The position numbers and the translations under genes were made by a program. DNA of 64,000 nt from positions 96,001 to 160,000 of the forward strand of contig CAWBKB010000003.1 in assembly GCA_963789265.1 (NCBI GenBank). The letters run 5' to 3'. This DNA comes from an uncultured delta proteobacterium. GTDB taxonomy: Bacteria; Desulfobacterota; Desulfomonilia; Desulfomonilales; Desulfomonilaceae. Within the stretch, counting starts at the first letter, position 1. Each line of letters begins with the position of its first letter. The notes beneath the pieces were generated by a model, which had not been told where the DNA came from, did not search any database, and worked only from the letters and a program-made list of their open reading frames with translations. This document shows positions 20,096 to 29,311 of the stretch, piece after piece.

Positions 20096-22312
20096 TTATG
20101 TCTTTTTCACTCTGACAATGATTTCGTTCGACATGCTGTGCCCGAGAACCGGCTCAAAGTACGTCGGCAGGAAGTCATTGTAAGAAATGCCGTATCCGAA
20201 CCCGGTGTGCAGATTTCTGGAGAAAACTCCGTAGCCGCTGGGAAGAAAGACGCACTCCGGATGAATACCTTCCGTCACTCTTGCCCTGGCCCTGCCCTTG
20301 CCTACTGACGAAGTTATCGTCATGCAGTCACCGTCTTTTATGCCCAGCGCTTTGGCTCTTTCCTTGTGAATCCACATTCTTCCCCAATCATTGAGCAGTG
20401 TGATCTCTTTTAGGTACGATTGGTTGATGGACTGTGCATGCGTTAGATGCGCCTGCTTGCCGTGAATGAGCCGGAAGGAGTGCGGATCGTTTATGTCCGG
20501 CGTCACAAGCGGCTCTTCCCACGTCGGGACTGCCGGAAGATTCAGGTCACGCAGTGTGGATGAAACGAATTCCAGTTTTCCGCTGGGTGTTTTGAATTTA
20601 GGATCGCCCGGCTTCCATTTCCCGCCCAGATCTATTACGCCCTCTTTCTTCAACTGCTTCAACGTTACGCCTGAAGGAGCCAGCGCCGCATTGTTCCAAT
20701 CCTCCAGAGTGAATTTGAAGTACTGTCCTATACCCAGATCTGGAGCCATTCCCCTAAGAATGTCCATGAGAGGCTTGGTATCGTACAAGGGTTTAATAAC
20801 AGCCTGCCTTATAGCCACCTGCTTAGTGTCGTAGCAATGATTCTTGTAGACTACGTCATCGCGTTCCAAATAAAGGGATTCAGGGAGTATGTAGTGAGAA
20901 ACGGAAGCCGTCTCGGACAGCACGTAATCGAAACTGACCAGGAGGTCCAACTTCCTGTACCCCTCGATAACTCTTGCAGGATTCGGATTCGTGCGCAAGG
21001 GATTGGTATGATAGACAAAACCAACTCTCAGCTTACCCTCAATAGCCAGCTCCGGTATGGCATGACACACGCCATGACCCGGAGGAGTTAGCGGATAACG
21101 CTCCGGATCCGCGCTTCCGTCTACCATTGAGCTTTCAATCTTCGGCGGCATGAGGAACTTCACAGGATCCAGCTTCCCTAACTTGACCTTTGGAGATTCA
21201 AACAGGCCACCGGATTGATTGTAATTACCCATGAGTCCGTTAAGGCAAGCCACAGCCCTGACGAGTTGCAAACTGTTCTTGTACTGAGTGCCCGTAGCGC
21301 CGTGATAACCGACATGGATGATGGACCTGGGCGCGGCCGCGCTCATCTCGCGTGCAAGCTCCACGATATCTCCCTGCGGCACCGAGGTTTTTTCTTCGGC
21401 CCACAAGGGAGTATACGGTTCCATCTGCGCGGCAAATTCATCGAACCCCTCGGTAAACTTTTCTACGAATGCTTGCTGATAGAGGTTCTCTTTGATCATC
21501 ACACGACCCAAGGCGAGCATCAATGCGAGGTCCGTACCCGGTCGAATTCGTATCCACCGATCCGCCATTGCTGCTGATTCACTGTAACGGGGGTCCACAG
21601 CCACAATGCGGGCTCCGTGATCGCGGCCTGAGGTTATCTCCCTGAGCTGTCTCAAATCCAAGCCCGCAGCAGGATTGCGCCCCAACAACATGATGACCCG
21701 TGCGTTCGCGAAGTCATGCTCAGGTTTGGCCGATCCAACGGTAAGCCACCATCCTATGTTTCTCGGCAGAAAACAGGTGGTAGCGTGCGAAAAGACGTTA
21801 GGCGAACCCAGCGCTCTCATAAAAAGATGCCCCAGAGCGGCATTCCCTTGCGGATGTTGAAGCCAAAAGAGGGACTCGGGACCATGTTGTCCGGAGATTT
21901 GCTTTACCCTTGTCCCGATTTCCTTGTAAGCTTGTTCCCAGGAGATCTTTTCAAACTTGTTGGGTCCTACCCGCTTGAGTGGCGACTTGATGCGATCCTT
22001 GTTGTAGACCTCGTGCAACATGCCGTGCCCTTTGGCGCACATGCGACCCTTGTTGCCACCCGCGATGGGGTTGCCTTCCGCCTTCCATATTCGGCCGCCA
22101 CGCGTGTAAACCTTGATCGCACACCAGTTGCCGCATCCGTCACAAAGAGTGGGAGTGATCTTAATTTCAGAGGCAATCTCCCGCTTCGATGCCCGTGCGC
22201 CGAAGCTCAGGTAGGAACCTGCAGCGAGAGAAGCTCCGCCGACAGCGGATCCAATAAGGAATTTTCTCCGGGTCATGCCTCGTTTTTCCATGTTCCCTCC
22301 GTTGGGACGCAA
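20096..22312 (-). CDS. psrA: Molybdopterin oxidoreductase catalytic subunit, polysulfide/thiosulfate reductase (PsrA/PhsA) type
   Basis: Tat signal TRRKFL; CDGCGNWC..C FS0 cluster; SHATTC Mo-ligand Cys region like PhsA/PsrA HxSTC; C-terminal molydop-binding domain. Confidence 0.85.
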   Translation of the reverse strand: MRPNGGNMEKRGMTRRKFLIGSAVGGASLAAGSYLSFGARASKREIASEIKITPTLCDGCGNWCAIKVYTRGGRIWKAEGNPIAGGNKGRMCAKGHGMLHEVYNKDRIKSPLKRVGPNKFEKISWEQAYKEIGTRVKQISGQHGPESLFWLQHPQGNAALGHLFMRALGSPNVFSHATTCFLPRNIGWWLTVGSAKPEHDFANARVIMLLGRNPAAGLDLRQLREITSGRDHGARIVAVDPRYSESAAMADRWIRIRPGTDLALMLALGRVMIKENLYQQAFVEKFTEGFDEFAAQMEPYTPLWAEEKTSVPQGDIVELAREMSAAAPRSIIHVGYHGATGTQYKNSLQLVRAVACLNGLMGNYNQSGGLFESPKVKLGKLDPVKFLMPPKIESSMVDGSADPERYPLTPPGHGVCHAIPELAIEGKLRVGFVYHTNPLRTNPNPARVIEGYRKLDLLVSFDYVLSETASVSHYILPESLYLERDDVVYKNHCYDTKQVAIRQAVIKPLYDTKPLMDILRGMAPDLGIGQYFKFTLEDWNNAALAPSGVTLKQLKKEGVIDLGGKWKPGDPKFKTPSGKLEFVSSTLRDLNLPAVPTWEEPLVTPDINDPHSFRLIHGKQAHLTHAQSINQSYLKEITLLNDWGRMWIHKERAKALGIKDGDCMTITSSVGKGRARARVTEGIHPECVFLPSGYGVFSRNLHTGFGYGISYNDFLPTYFEPVLGHSMSNEIIVRVKKT

Positions 22313-22324
22313 TCTTTAAATATG

Positions 22325-22353
22325 AGGATATTTGAATATCAATATTATGTCAA
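22325..22353 (-). promoter_or_regulatory. Sigma-70 promoter of the psr operon with an overlapping palindrome
   Basis: Minus strand TTGACA-17 nt-TATCCT; GATATT-TG-AATATC palindrome at 22327-22340. Confidence 0.65.
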
Positions 22354-22695
22354 GGAATTTCTCTGCCGGGAAACAAAAAAACTTCGGCCAAGAACCGAAC
22401 AACAGCGCCGCTCATCTCACAAAAAGCAGATCAGAGCCGATTGATGTATGATCGGGACCATCAAGCTAGAGGAGGCTGACCATCGTGGTTAAATTGCTTT
22501 AATGTGCTGTACTATACAGCCAGAGCCAACGTAGCGACGATGTTACACTTTTTGTGTGCCCTTTAGACCAATTCGCCTCAAGCAAGTGACGCCGGGCCCC
22601 GAGTAGAGAGGGGTTCATAGTCTTCGGCAAAAATAATGTCTCTCTGGCTGTACGATGCGGAAAATTCTAACGGTGCACCGTGATGGGCGTTTCAC

Positions 22696-22781
22696 CGTCA
22701 TTTCCGCGCACACGGTCCCGCGCGACGCGGGACAGACTGGTCCCTGGATCGGAGTCCGGGGTGACCCCGCGGAACGCGGGG
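22696..22781. repeat. GTCA-type palindromic repeat; uninterrupted relative of the MITE target at 7317-7546
   Basis: Reverse complement reads CCCGCGTTCCGCGGGGTCACCCCGGACTCCGATCCAGGG, versus CCCGCGTTCCGCGGGATCACCCCGGACTTCGATCC at 7318-7352. Confidence 0.75.
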
Positions 22782-22973
22782 CAAATTGGGCAAGACTTTG
22801 GCAACTGCTGTAAAATCCGCCCCTGCGCCAACTCTTCGAAATTATGTGCCACGGATGACCAAAAGGACGTGATTTTGGGTAATTAAAATAAAAGCACAAT
22901 GGGGAGATCCCGAATTTCCGAGAGAACTCTGCCTTCGAGCGCGTCAATTCCTTCGTCTCAAATCCGCATAGCA

Positions 22974-23981
22974 TTATTGCTGTCTGAAATGATCCCAACC
23001 GCGTGCGCTCAAATCTTCCCGGCTGCCATCAATTCGTACCAATTCGATTCCGCGGCCGGGAACAAATTCTCCTATGGGGAACAACCTCCTCCCCTGCCCT
23101 TCAAAATCCTTCTCAAGTTTCCCTAACAATTCCGGCTTGATCGCAGCGAGGAGAACGTAATCTTCCCCGCCGTTCACCACCCAACCCAGGGGGTCTGCTC
23201 CCATGATCGCCGCGGCACGAGCCATTGCTTCCCCGATAGGAAGCTGAGCCTCATGCACAACCGCGCCCACTCCCGAATCGCGGCAGATATGGCCCAGATC
23301 GGAGGAGATTCCATCAGAGACGTCGATAGCTGCCGTGCAAGCGCGGGATCTTGCCAGCAACCGGCCTTCCCTGATATGTGCGCGAGGCTTGAGATGGGAC
23401 GCCAGCAGAGGCCGCGCTATTTCCGGATCAACGTCCGGCGAACGCAAAAGAATCTCCAGGCCTGCTGCCGATCCCCCTGTGGGTCCGGTGAGCACTATGA
23501 TGTCACCCGCACGGGCAGTGTGGCGGAATAGAACTTCGTCGCGAGGGACTACGCCGGTCACTGCGACATTTATCACGAAGTCGCCTTTGGAGCCGGTGGT
23601 GTCTCCACCGAGAAGATTGACGTCAACGGTTCGGGCAAGCTCCGCCATTCCCCGGTACAGACCATCGAGCCATTCCAGGTCAATTCTTTCGGGAACGGCG
23701 AGGCTGACAAAAGCGTCTCGCGGTATGCCTCCGCATGCAGCGATATCCGAGAGATTTGCCGTGAGGGCTTTTGCACCGATCACCTCCGGAGGCGCCCAAT
23801 GCATTAAAAAGTGTACTCTTTCTATCAGGAGATCGGTAGTTATCAGCAGGTGCTCAGGTCCCCCGATTGAGATGACCGCGCAGTCATCCCCGATCCCCTT
23901 TACCACCCCCTCGGTCCGGAAAATACCCAGGGGAGCAATTCGGTCGATGAAGCCGAATTCTCCTATCTCTTTTAATTTCAG
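22974..23981 (-). CDS. thiL: Thiamine-monophosphate kinase (probable CTG start at 23981)
   Basis: KLKEIGEFGFIDRI, GIGDDCAV, NLSDIAACGG, GGDTT, IDVSDG, GGEDY. Confidence 0.95.
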   Translation of the reverse strand: MKLKEIGEFGFIDRIAPLGIFRTEGVVKGIGDDCAVISIGGPEHLLITTDLLIERVHFLMHWAPPEVIGAKALTANLSDIAACGGIPRDAFVSLAVPERIDLEWLDGLYRGMAELARTVDVNLLGGDTTGSKGDFVINVAVTGVVPRDEVLFRHTARAGDIIVLTGPTGGSAAGLEILLRSPDVDPEIARPLLASHLKPRAHIREGRLLARSRACTAAIDVSDGISSDLGHICRDSGVGAVVHEAQLPIGEAMARAAAIMGADPLGWVVNGGEDYVLLAAIKPELLGKLEKDFEGQGRRLFPIGEFVPGRGIELVRIDGSREDLSARGWDHFRQQ

Positions 23982-24067
23982 GAGAGGACTCCTTTTATGC
24001 GCACTCTTTCCTAACTCCGGTCATGTATTTTGATGTGGACGATGTTCAAAGCCCTAACCTGCTTCCG

Positions 24068-24127
24068 GTAGGACCGGCCTCCGTGCCGGCCGTGGGTGTC
24101 AGTGACCGGCACGGAGGCCGGTCCTAC
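24068..24127. repeat. Inverted REP pair (REPIN)
   Basis: GTAGGACCGGCCTCCGTGCCGG ... CCGGCACGGAGGCCGGTCCTAC: perfect 22-bp inverted repeat. Confidence 0.9.
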
Positions 24128-24226
24128 TTTGCAAGTGGCATCGCATTTATGAAACGCTTTAATAATCAGACAAAACTTGCAATAACGACATCCGAGTTAG
24201 CAGATCTCTTTTCAACCGTGATCGGG

Positions 24227-25231
24227 TCAAGGCTTTTCCGGGCTTGAAAATCCCCGAGCCTCAGCGACCGCTCCCGTTGCAGGCCGTCGCGAACGTCTCC
24301 GCGAGGGCTTACGCCGCCACTTTCTATGAAGCCAGAAGCCCTGTTCGGGACTGATGCGTATCCACTGCTCGAACAGGTCGTGAAACTGCTGGCTGACGGT
24401 CGTGAGATCGAGTCGCTGATCCCCGCTGAGTTGGATGCGGACCTCTTCACCGAATATACTCTGATATCGGCCATCGTTCCGGCGGTATGTGCACAGAGGC
24501 AGGATGCGAGCCTCCCCATCAATGGCAAGCCTGGCGAACACCTCATTGGCAGGCGCCTGAGTCCCGAAGAAATCGACAAATATCCCTCTCTCCGGATCGC
24601 CCCTTTGGTCGGCCAAGAAAGCTACCATTTCTCCATCACGGAGAAACTGGATCATATTTTTCACAATGCCCTTGTGAGGAAACGTTTTGATGGCAGTTTC
24701 TTCTCCGCCTCGACTGAAAAGGTAGCGGGAGAGAAATGGATTCTTGAGTGGAGTCATGATGAGGTTCAATCGGATTCCAAGGAATTTTATAGTGGCCGCG
24801 CTGACCTCGAAGCAGCCGAAGTGCGAGTTTAAAAGACAGATGCCGTCCTTTCCGGGCATCATGGCCAAATTATGCGGAAGCCTTCCCTCGATAACTATGC
24901 GTTCTGCCATCTCCTTTTGGGTCCATCGCCTTATCCGGAGGAACTCCACTGCCAGCAGACCCACGTGCTCGAAACTCTTGCGAGCCGTCTCCACAATCCA
25001 TTTGCGAGAGTGCTCGCGGCCGAACGCAATGGAAAGGTTTTCAATGGCGGCTTCGCGGCGGTCGGAGAAAAGGACGTATACCAATCTCCCGACGAATCGA
25101 CCGAATGCCAAAGCGGCGGATTCTGGAAGATGGTTGAGAACTTCTTCCAGGAGACGTACCAGAAGAAAGGTGGCGTAATCAATAAAGAAACTAAATTTCA
25201 GTTGTTGTTTCGCATTGCGTTGGATGTTCAT
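24227..25231 (-). CDS. Lipid A late acyltransferase (LpxL/HtrB family)
   Basis: SHFGCFE (HxGxWE-like), FLADQ, VDFFG, PEQGFWLHRKWR. Confidence 0.88.
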   Translation of the reverse strand: MNIQRNAKQQLKFSFFIDYATFLLVRLLEEVLNHLPESAALAFGRFVGRLVYVLFSDRREAAIENLSIAFGREHSRKWIVETARKSFEHVGLLAVEFLRIRRWTQKEMAERIVIEGRLPHNLAMMPGKDGICLLNSHFGCFEVSAATIKFLGIRLNLIMTPLKNPFLSRYLFSRGGEETAIKTFPHKGIVKNMIQFLRDGEMVAFLADQRGDPERGIFVDFFGTQAPANEVFARLAIDGEARILPLCTYRRNDGRYQSIFGEEVRIQLSGDQRLDLTTVSQQFHDLFEQWIRISPEQGFWLHRKWRRKPSRRRSRRPATGAVAEARGFSSPEKP

Positions 25232-26889
25232 TCGGAAACCGTTTCATTTGGTGACGATACGCGCACGGTCGTGACTTCGACAAGCTTCACCTTGCCTTTT
25301 AAGCCTTTCAATGCCCGGGATCCCACTTTTTGCAGCGAAAACAGGTCCAGGTCCCGAATCTGATCGTAAGTCTCCGGACCTATGAGGACCTGGTCCGGGT
25401 CAGCCGCCTGGCAAATCTTTGAGGCAAGATTCACGGCGTGTCCCAGGACTGTGTAATCCATGCGCTCGTCAGACCCGAAGTTCCCGACGATGGCATTGCC
25501 AGTGTTAATACCATAACGGACCTGAAAACGCAGCTCCGGGTCCAATTTCTTTACTTTCTGAACCAGCCTCTCGCGTATACGCAACGCCGAACGGACAGCC
25601 CTGGCAGGCGCATCTTCTTGTGGAAAGGGTGCGCCGAATATTGCCATTGCAGCATCTCCGATAAACTTATCCAGGGTCCCTTGCTCGTGGAACACCACCT
25701 CGTTGACCACCATACAGAAAAGATTGAGGATCTGCTGGAGCTGTCGTGGACTACAGGTTTCACAAAGGGTGGTAAATCCGACTATGTCGCAAAAGAAGAT
25801 AGTAGCGACTGTTTCTCTCACTTGGAGGTCGGCTTCGCCTTCGAGGATGAGGTCGACCACCTGGGATGAATGGAAGCGACTCAGATTCTGGCGTATAACC
25901 GCACGTTTTATCGCTTCCTCGTTGAGTTGTTCGGTGAGCTTCCAGCGCTGTATCGCCAGTGCCGCCTGATGCCCGATGGCGGTCAGCAAATCCAGGTCTT
26001 CAGGCTGATAACCAGCGGTAATATCAAGGCAGTCGACATAGAGGACCCCTAGAATCGTCCGGTCTTCCCAGATTGGAGCTGCAATTACCGACCGAATCCC
26101 GTCAATTACTACACTGTCTCCCATCTCGAATCGTGGATCTTCCAGCGCATTGTCGGTGAGAATGGCCACTCGATCATCCAAAATGCGGTTTATAATCGTG
26201 TTGCTTACCGGTCTAATATTCCCTTCTTCCGCCGCGGATCGTTCCTTCCTGGGCACCGGCACCCCTTCCTCTTCTCTTAGCAGTATCGTGGCCTGAGAAG
26301 GTGAGAAGATATCGAAGATCTGATCCATTACATAATCTAGGATTTCATCAAGGTCTTTGGTAGCCACGAGTTCTTCGGTGATTCGGTAAAGAGTAAGGAG
26401 GTTGCGGTTCAGATGTTCCCTCCTGACCCTGGTGGGAACCCGTCTGATGCTCTCCGTAGCCTCGGAGAGATAGCTTCTGATCATGCCGAGCGGCTTGAGT
26501 ATTCTTTCTGTCTCCTGTTTGTGGACGAAAGGTTCATTGCCGAGGCGGGTCATGTCCAAGATCTGAGTTTGGGCTAGCCCCGGAGAAATCTCGGGCGTCC
26601 CGATTGGACGAAATAGGAGCCTGAACGGACCTATTTGAATAACATCTCCTCCTTTTATATGCCGCCTGTTCTTGATTTTGCGGCCGTTAACCCAGGTCCC
26701 GTTCCTGCTCTCAAGATCCTTTACAATGAACCTTTTCCCCTCGCTGAGGATCATGCAATGGTTTCTGGAAACCATGCTGTCAACCAGGCGCAGATCACAT
26801 CTCTCGTGACGGCCCACGAGTGTCTGATGACCCGTAAAGCCCTCTTCGACCTCTTTGCCGTCGGGACGGATGATCACAAGATTGAACAT
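25228..26889 (-). CDS. FHA-GAF-class III adenylate cyclase
   Basis: FHA: GRHERCD, VSRNH, SRNGTWVNG. GAF: SVIAAPI, DLDLLTAIG. Cyclase: FCDIVGFT, DKFIGDA, MDYTVLG, VNLASK. Confidence 0.9.
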   Translation of the reverse strand: MFNLVIIRPDGKEVEEGFTGHQTLVGRHERCDLRLVDSMVSRNHCMILSEGKRFIVKDLESRNGTWVNGRKIKNRRHIKGGDVIQIGPFRLLFRPIGTPEISPGLAQTQILDMTRLGNEPFVHKQETERILKPLGMIRSYLSEATESIRRVPTRVRREHLNRNLLTLYRITEELVATKDLDEILDYVMDQIFDIFSPSQATILLREEEGVPVPRKERSAAEEGNIRPVSNTIINRILDDRVAILTDNALEDPRFEMGDSVVIDGIRSVIAAPIWEDRTILGVLYVDCLDITAGYQPEDLDLLTAIGHQAALAIQRWKLTEQLNEEAIKRAVIRQNLSRFHSSQVVDLILEGEADLQVRETVATIFFCDIVGFTTLCETCSPRQLQQILNLFCMVVNEVVFHEQGTLDKFIGDAAMAIFGAPFPQEDAPARAVRSALRIRERLVQKVKKLDPELRFQVRYGINTGNAIVGNFGSDERMDYTVLGHAVNLASKICQAADPDQVLIGPETYDQIRDLDLFSLQKVGSRALKGLKGKVKLVEVTTVRVSSPNETVSE

Positions 26890-26914
26890 TATAATCTGCC
26901 GAAATGAAGCAAAA

Positions 26915-27280
26915 TCAACCAAAGGCAACGGCTTCTATAAGCTTGAGCAAGTTCTGCTTAGATTCATCACTTATTCTCGCGATTTCAAAACCCGAAACAT
27001 AATAGCCTTGCGGATTTTCTCTTCTGGTCCACCGACAGACGGCTTCGAAGATCAGAGGCGCTCCTTTAACATAATCCGATGCCTGGATGATAAGAGTCTT
27101 GGTTGCGTCTACATCTACCTTGACGCCGAATAGCTGAATCCCTGTTTCGTTGATATCTTGTACAAGCCCTATGAACCTCTTCGTCTCTGCGTCGTAAGCG
27201 GGGATCTTGAAGAGCACGTACTTTCTCTTGGACTTTCGACGATCTTCTACCACCGACCCCGTCGGATTCTCGTCGCTCAT
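26915..27280 (-). CDS. Stand-alone PilZ domain protein
   Basis: DRRKSKR (RxxxR) and DINETG (DxSxxG-like); GGAGAG RBS before ATG at 27280. Confidence 0.85.
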   Translation of the reverse strand: MSDENPTGSVVEDRRKSKRKYVLFKIPAYDAETKRFIGLVQDINETGIQLFGVKVDVDATKTLIIQASDYVKGAPLIFEAVCRWTRRENPQGYYVSGFEIARISDESKQNLLKLIEAVAFG

Positions 27281-27424
27281 ATTTCTCTCCCCAGGGCTAT
27301 GCACTCCAACCGAGAGCCGGCCATGATTGCTTCCAGGTACTGCTTTTCCGACTTAGACCGTGACGTAGCACAACACTTGGCTTCACTAGCTTTACCGCAC
27401 ATTGACGGCCTGCGCTCTTGAACG

Positions 27425-28690
27425 CTAGCCGCGTTTTGCTGTTCCCTGTTTCCCTGCAAGTTTGCGAGCATTTTCTTTCAGGGTATTCTGAAGTATCCGG
27501 TTAACTGAACGGCTGACAAGAAACCTGAACGATCGGATCAGGTTTTCAGGATCTCCCGATTTGCCCAGCCGTTTCGCAAGAGACCGGCCGGCCTTAGCTA
27601 TTGTAGTAGCATGGCGTTCAACAAGCCGTGAGAAAGCATCCGCGTCTTTTACTTCAAGCTCGCTTAGGATAGGAGGTCTACGATCAGCCAGCCCTTCGGC
27701 CTTCCTGACCGCGGACTTATATTTCTCATACCGGGTGACGATCTGGTGAAAAGCAACCAAAGGATCATCCTCAGAAGAGGACAACTTCCTATCCAGATAG
27801 TCGGTAACCTCCATCAAAAAGCGGACAGACTGGGGGTGTGCCCGAGACATACGCTTCACGATGTATTCCAGGACTACTTTCATCGCTAGTGCTGCGAAAT
27901 CGACCGTCACATTGTCCTGGTAATGAGCGCGCACCCTTTGAAGCTCATGAGCCAACGCGCTCACCGATCGCTTTGAGATTTCCCATTCCAAAGTAAGAAT
28001 GGTCTCCTGTAGTTTCCGCAGGGGAAATTTGTCGGCAACCTGAAGCGAAGGTCTTCGGGCACTTGTAATCCTCTCAGAAGCATTCACCGGTGCTTGTTCG
28101 ACCGTTTGATCGGCTTGGACCGTTTCCCTGAAGAGCGTGTGCATGTGGCGTGAGATCTCTTTGGCCACAACATCATCATAAGCAATCCCGAACCGAGGGG
28201 AAGCCGCCGTGGAGGTATCCGGAACAGTCGGGCTTCTCCGGGTCGCCGAATCTGTGCGAGCATCAGCAATGTCCCTGACTTCTCGATAATCTGTGAACTG
28301 TTCTTCTTCAGTTCTCGATTCAGCCACTCTTACATCCAACTGAGCGGTTTCAGGGGGAGGAGTTTCAGGTTGCTCCACAAAAAGCGTATCCACCGCCAAG
28401 TCTATCGCCCAGTCAGTTTCTTGGTCCCCCGAGGTGGCAGGAGGGGCCGCCCCTTTGTATGCCGTCATGAAAAGCGTATCGACAGCTTCTTCAAAGGAGG
28501 GGAGATCGGTCGTCGGCTTCGAGGGATTTTGCACCGAGGACGAATGAGCCCGACCGCGACTTTCGGGGCTGGTTGCGAGATTCTCCTCTGCCGGGGTGGG
28601 CGCCTCTACAAAAAACGTATCAACGGCCCTTTCTATGAGCTGGTCCAGATCATTCGATTCGTCTTGCTTGGACATGAACTTGTAAGCCAC
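27425..28690 (-). CDS. Hypothetical protein: disordered acidic N-half with repeated AVDTLF motifs, helical C-half
   Basis: AGGAG RBS plus GTG 5 nt after the mglA stop; 421-aa ORF. Confidence 0.75.
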   Translation of the reverse strand: MAYKFMSKQDESNDLDQLIERAVDTFFVEAPTPAEENLATSPESRGRAHSSSVQNPSKPTTDLPSFEEAVDTLFMTAYKGAAPPATSGDQETDWAIDLAVDTLFVEQPETPPPETAQLDVRVAESRTEEEQFTDYREVRDIADARTDSATRRSPTVPDTSTAASPRFGIAYDDVVAKEISRHMHTLFRETVQADQTVEQAPVNASERITSARRPSLQVADKFPLRKLQETILTLEWEISKRSVSALAHELQRVRAHYQDNVTVDFAALAMKVVLEYIVKRMSRAHPQSVRFLMEVTDYLDRKLSSSEDDPLVAFHQIVTRYEKYKSAVRKAEGLADRRPPILSELEVKDADAFSRLVERHATTIAKAGRSLAKRLGKSGDPENLIRSFRFLVSRSVNRILQNTLKENARKLAGKQGTAKRG

Positions 28691-28695
28691 GGCTC

Positions 28696-29310
28696 CTAAG
28701 CTCTGAGTTTATAATGGACTGATTTAATCGTGATTTTGCTAACTTCTCGCAACGTCTCAAAAACACCTGTGCCTTGCAGAGCGCTGGCCATAATAACGGG
28801 CGCGGAGTGCTTGAGCATCGAGGTCAAGTCCTGCTCCATGGTTTCTTTGGACAAAACCGGAATGACGCTCCCTTCAAGATCCCTTTTGTTAAACTGAAGA
28901 ACAAGAGGCAGCTCATCCAGGTCCAAATTGTCCCCGGCCAGGTTCTCACGCAGATTCTGAAGGCTCTCTCTGTTGGATGCCTGTTGCACCTCCATTGAAT
29001 CCGCAACAAAAACGACTCCGTCTACGCCCTTCAGAACCATTCTCCTGCTTTCGTTATAGAGGACTTGCCCGGGGACCGTATAAAGCTGCACTCTTATGCT
29101 GAAATCTCTAATTTTCCCCAAGGTTAGTGGAAGGAAGTCGAAGAAAAGCGTTTTGTCACCCCTGGTGTCTATCGAAATCATCTTGCCCATGAACTGGGCG
29201 CTCATCTTTTGATTCACGTAAAGCAAGTTTGTGGTCTTCCCGCACCTCCCCGGCCCGTAGTAGACGATTTTGACCTGGATTTCCTTCGCGCTCTTATTGA
29301 TAAACGCCAT
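28696..29310 (-). CDS. mglA: MglA Ras-like small GTPase
   Basis: KIVYYGPGRCGKTTNL, TLFFDFLP, LYTVPGQV, LKGVDGVVFVADS, NKRDL. Confidence 0.95.
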   Translation of the reverse strand: MAFINKSAKEIQVKIVYYGPGRCGKTTNLLYVNQKMSAQFMGKMISIDTRGDKTLFFDFLPLTLGKIRDFSIRVQLYTVPGQVLYNESRRMVLKGVDGVVFVADSMEVQQASNRESLQNLRENLAGDNLDLDELPLVLQFNKRDLEGSVIPVLSKETMEQDLTSMLKHSAPVIMASALQGTGVFETLREVSKITIKSVHYKLRA

Positions 29311-29311
29311 G

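Noticed and set aside
23982..24220. TPP riboswitch upstream of thiL, or cobalamin riboswitch upstream of cobO
   Set aside because: Core motifs not found; the structure upstream of thiL is a REP pair
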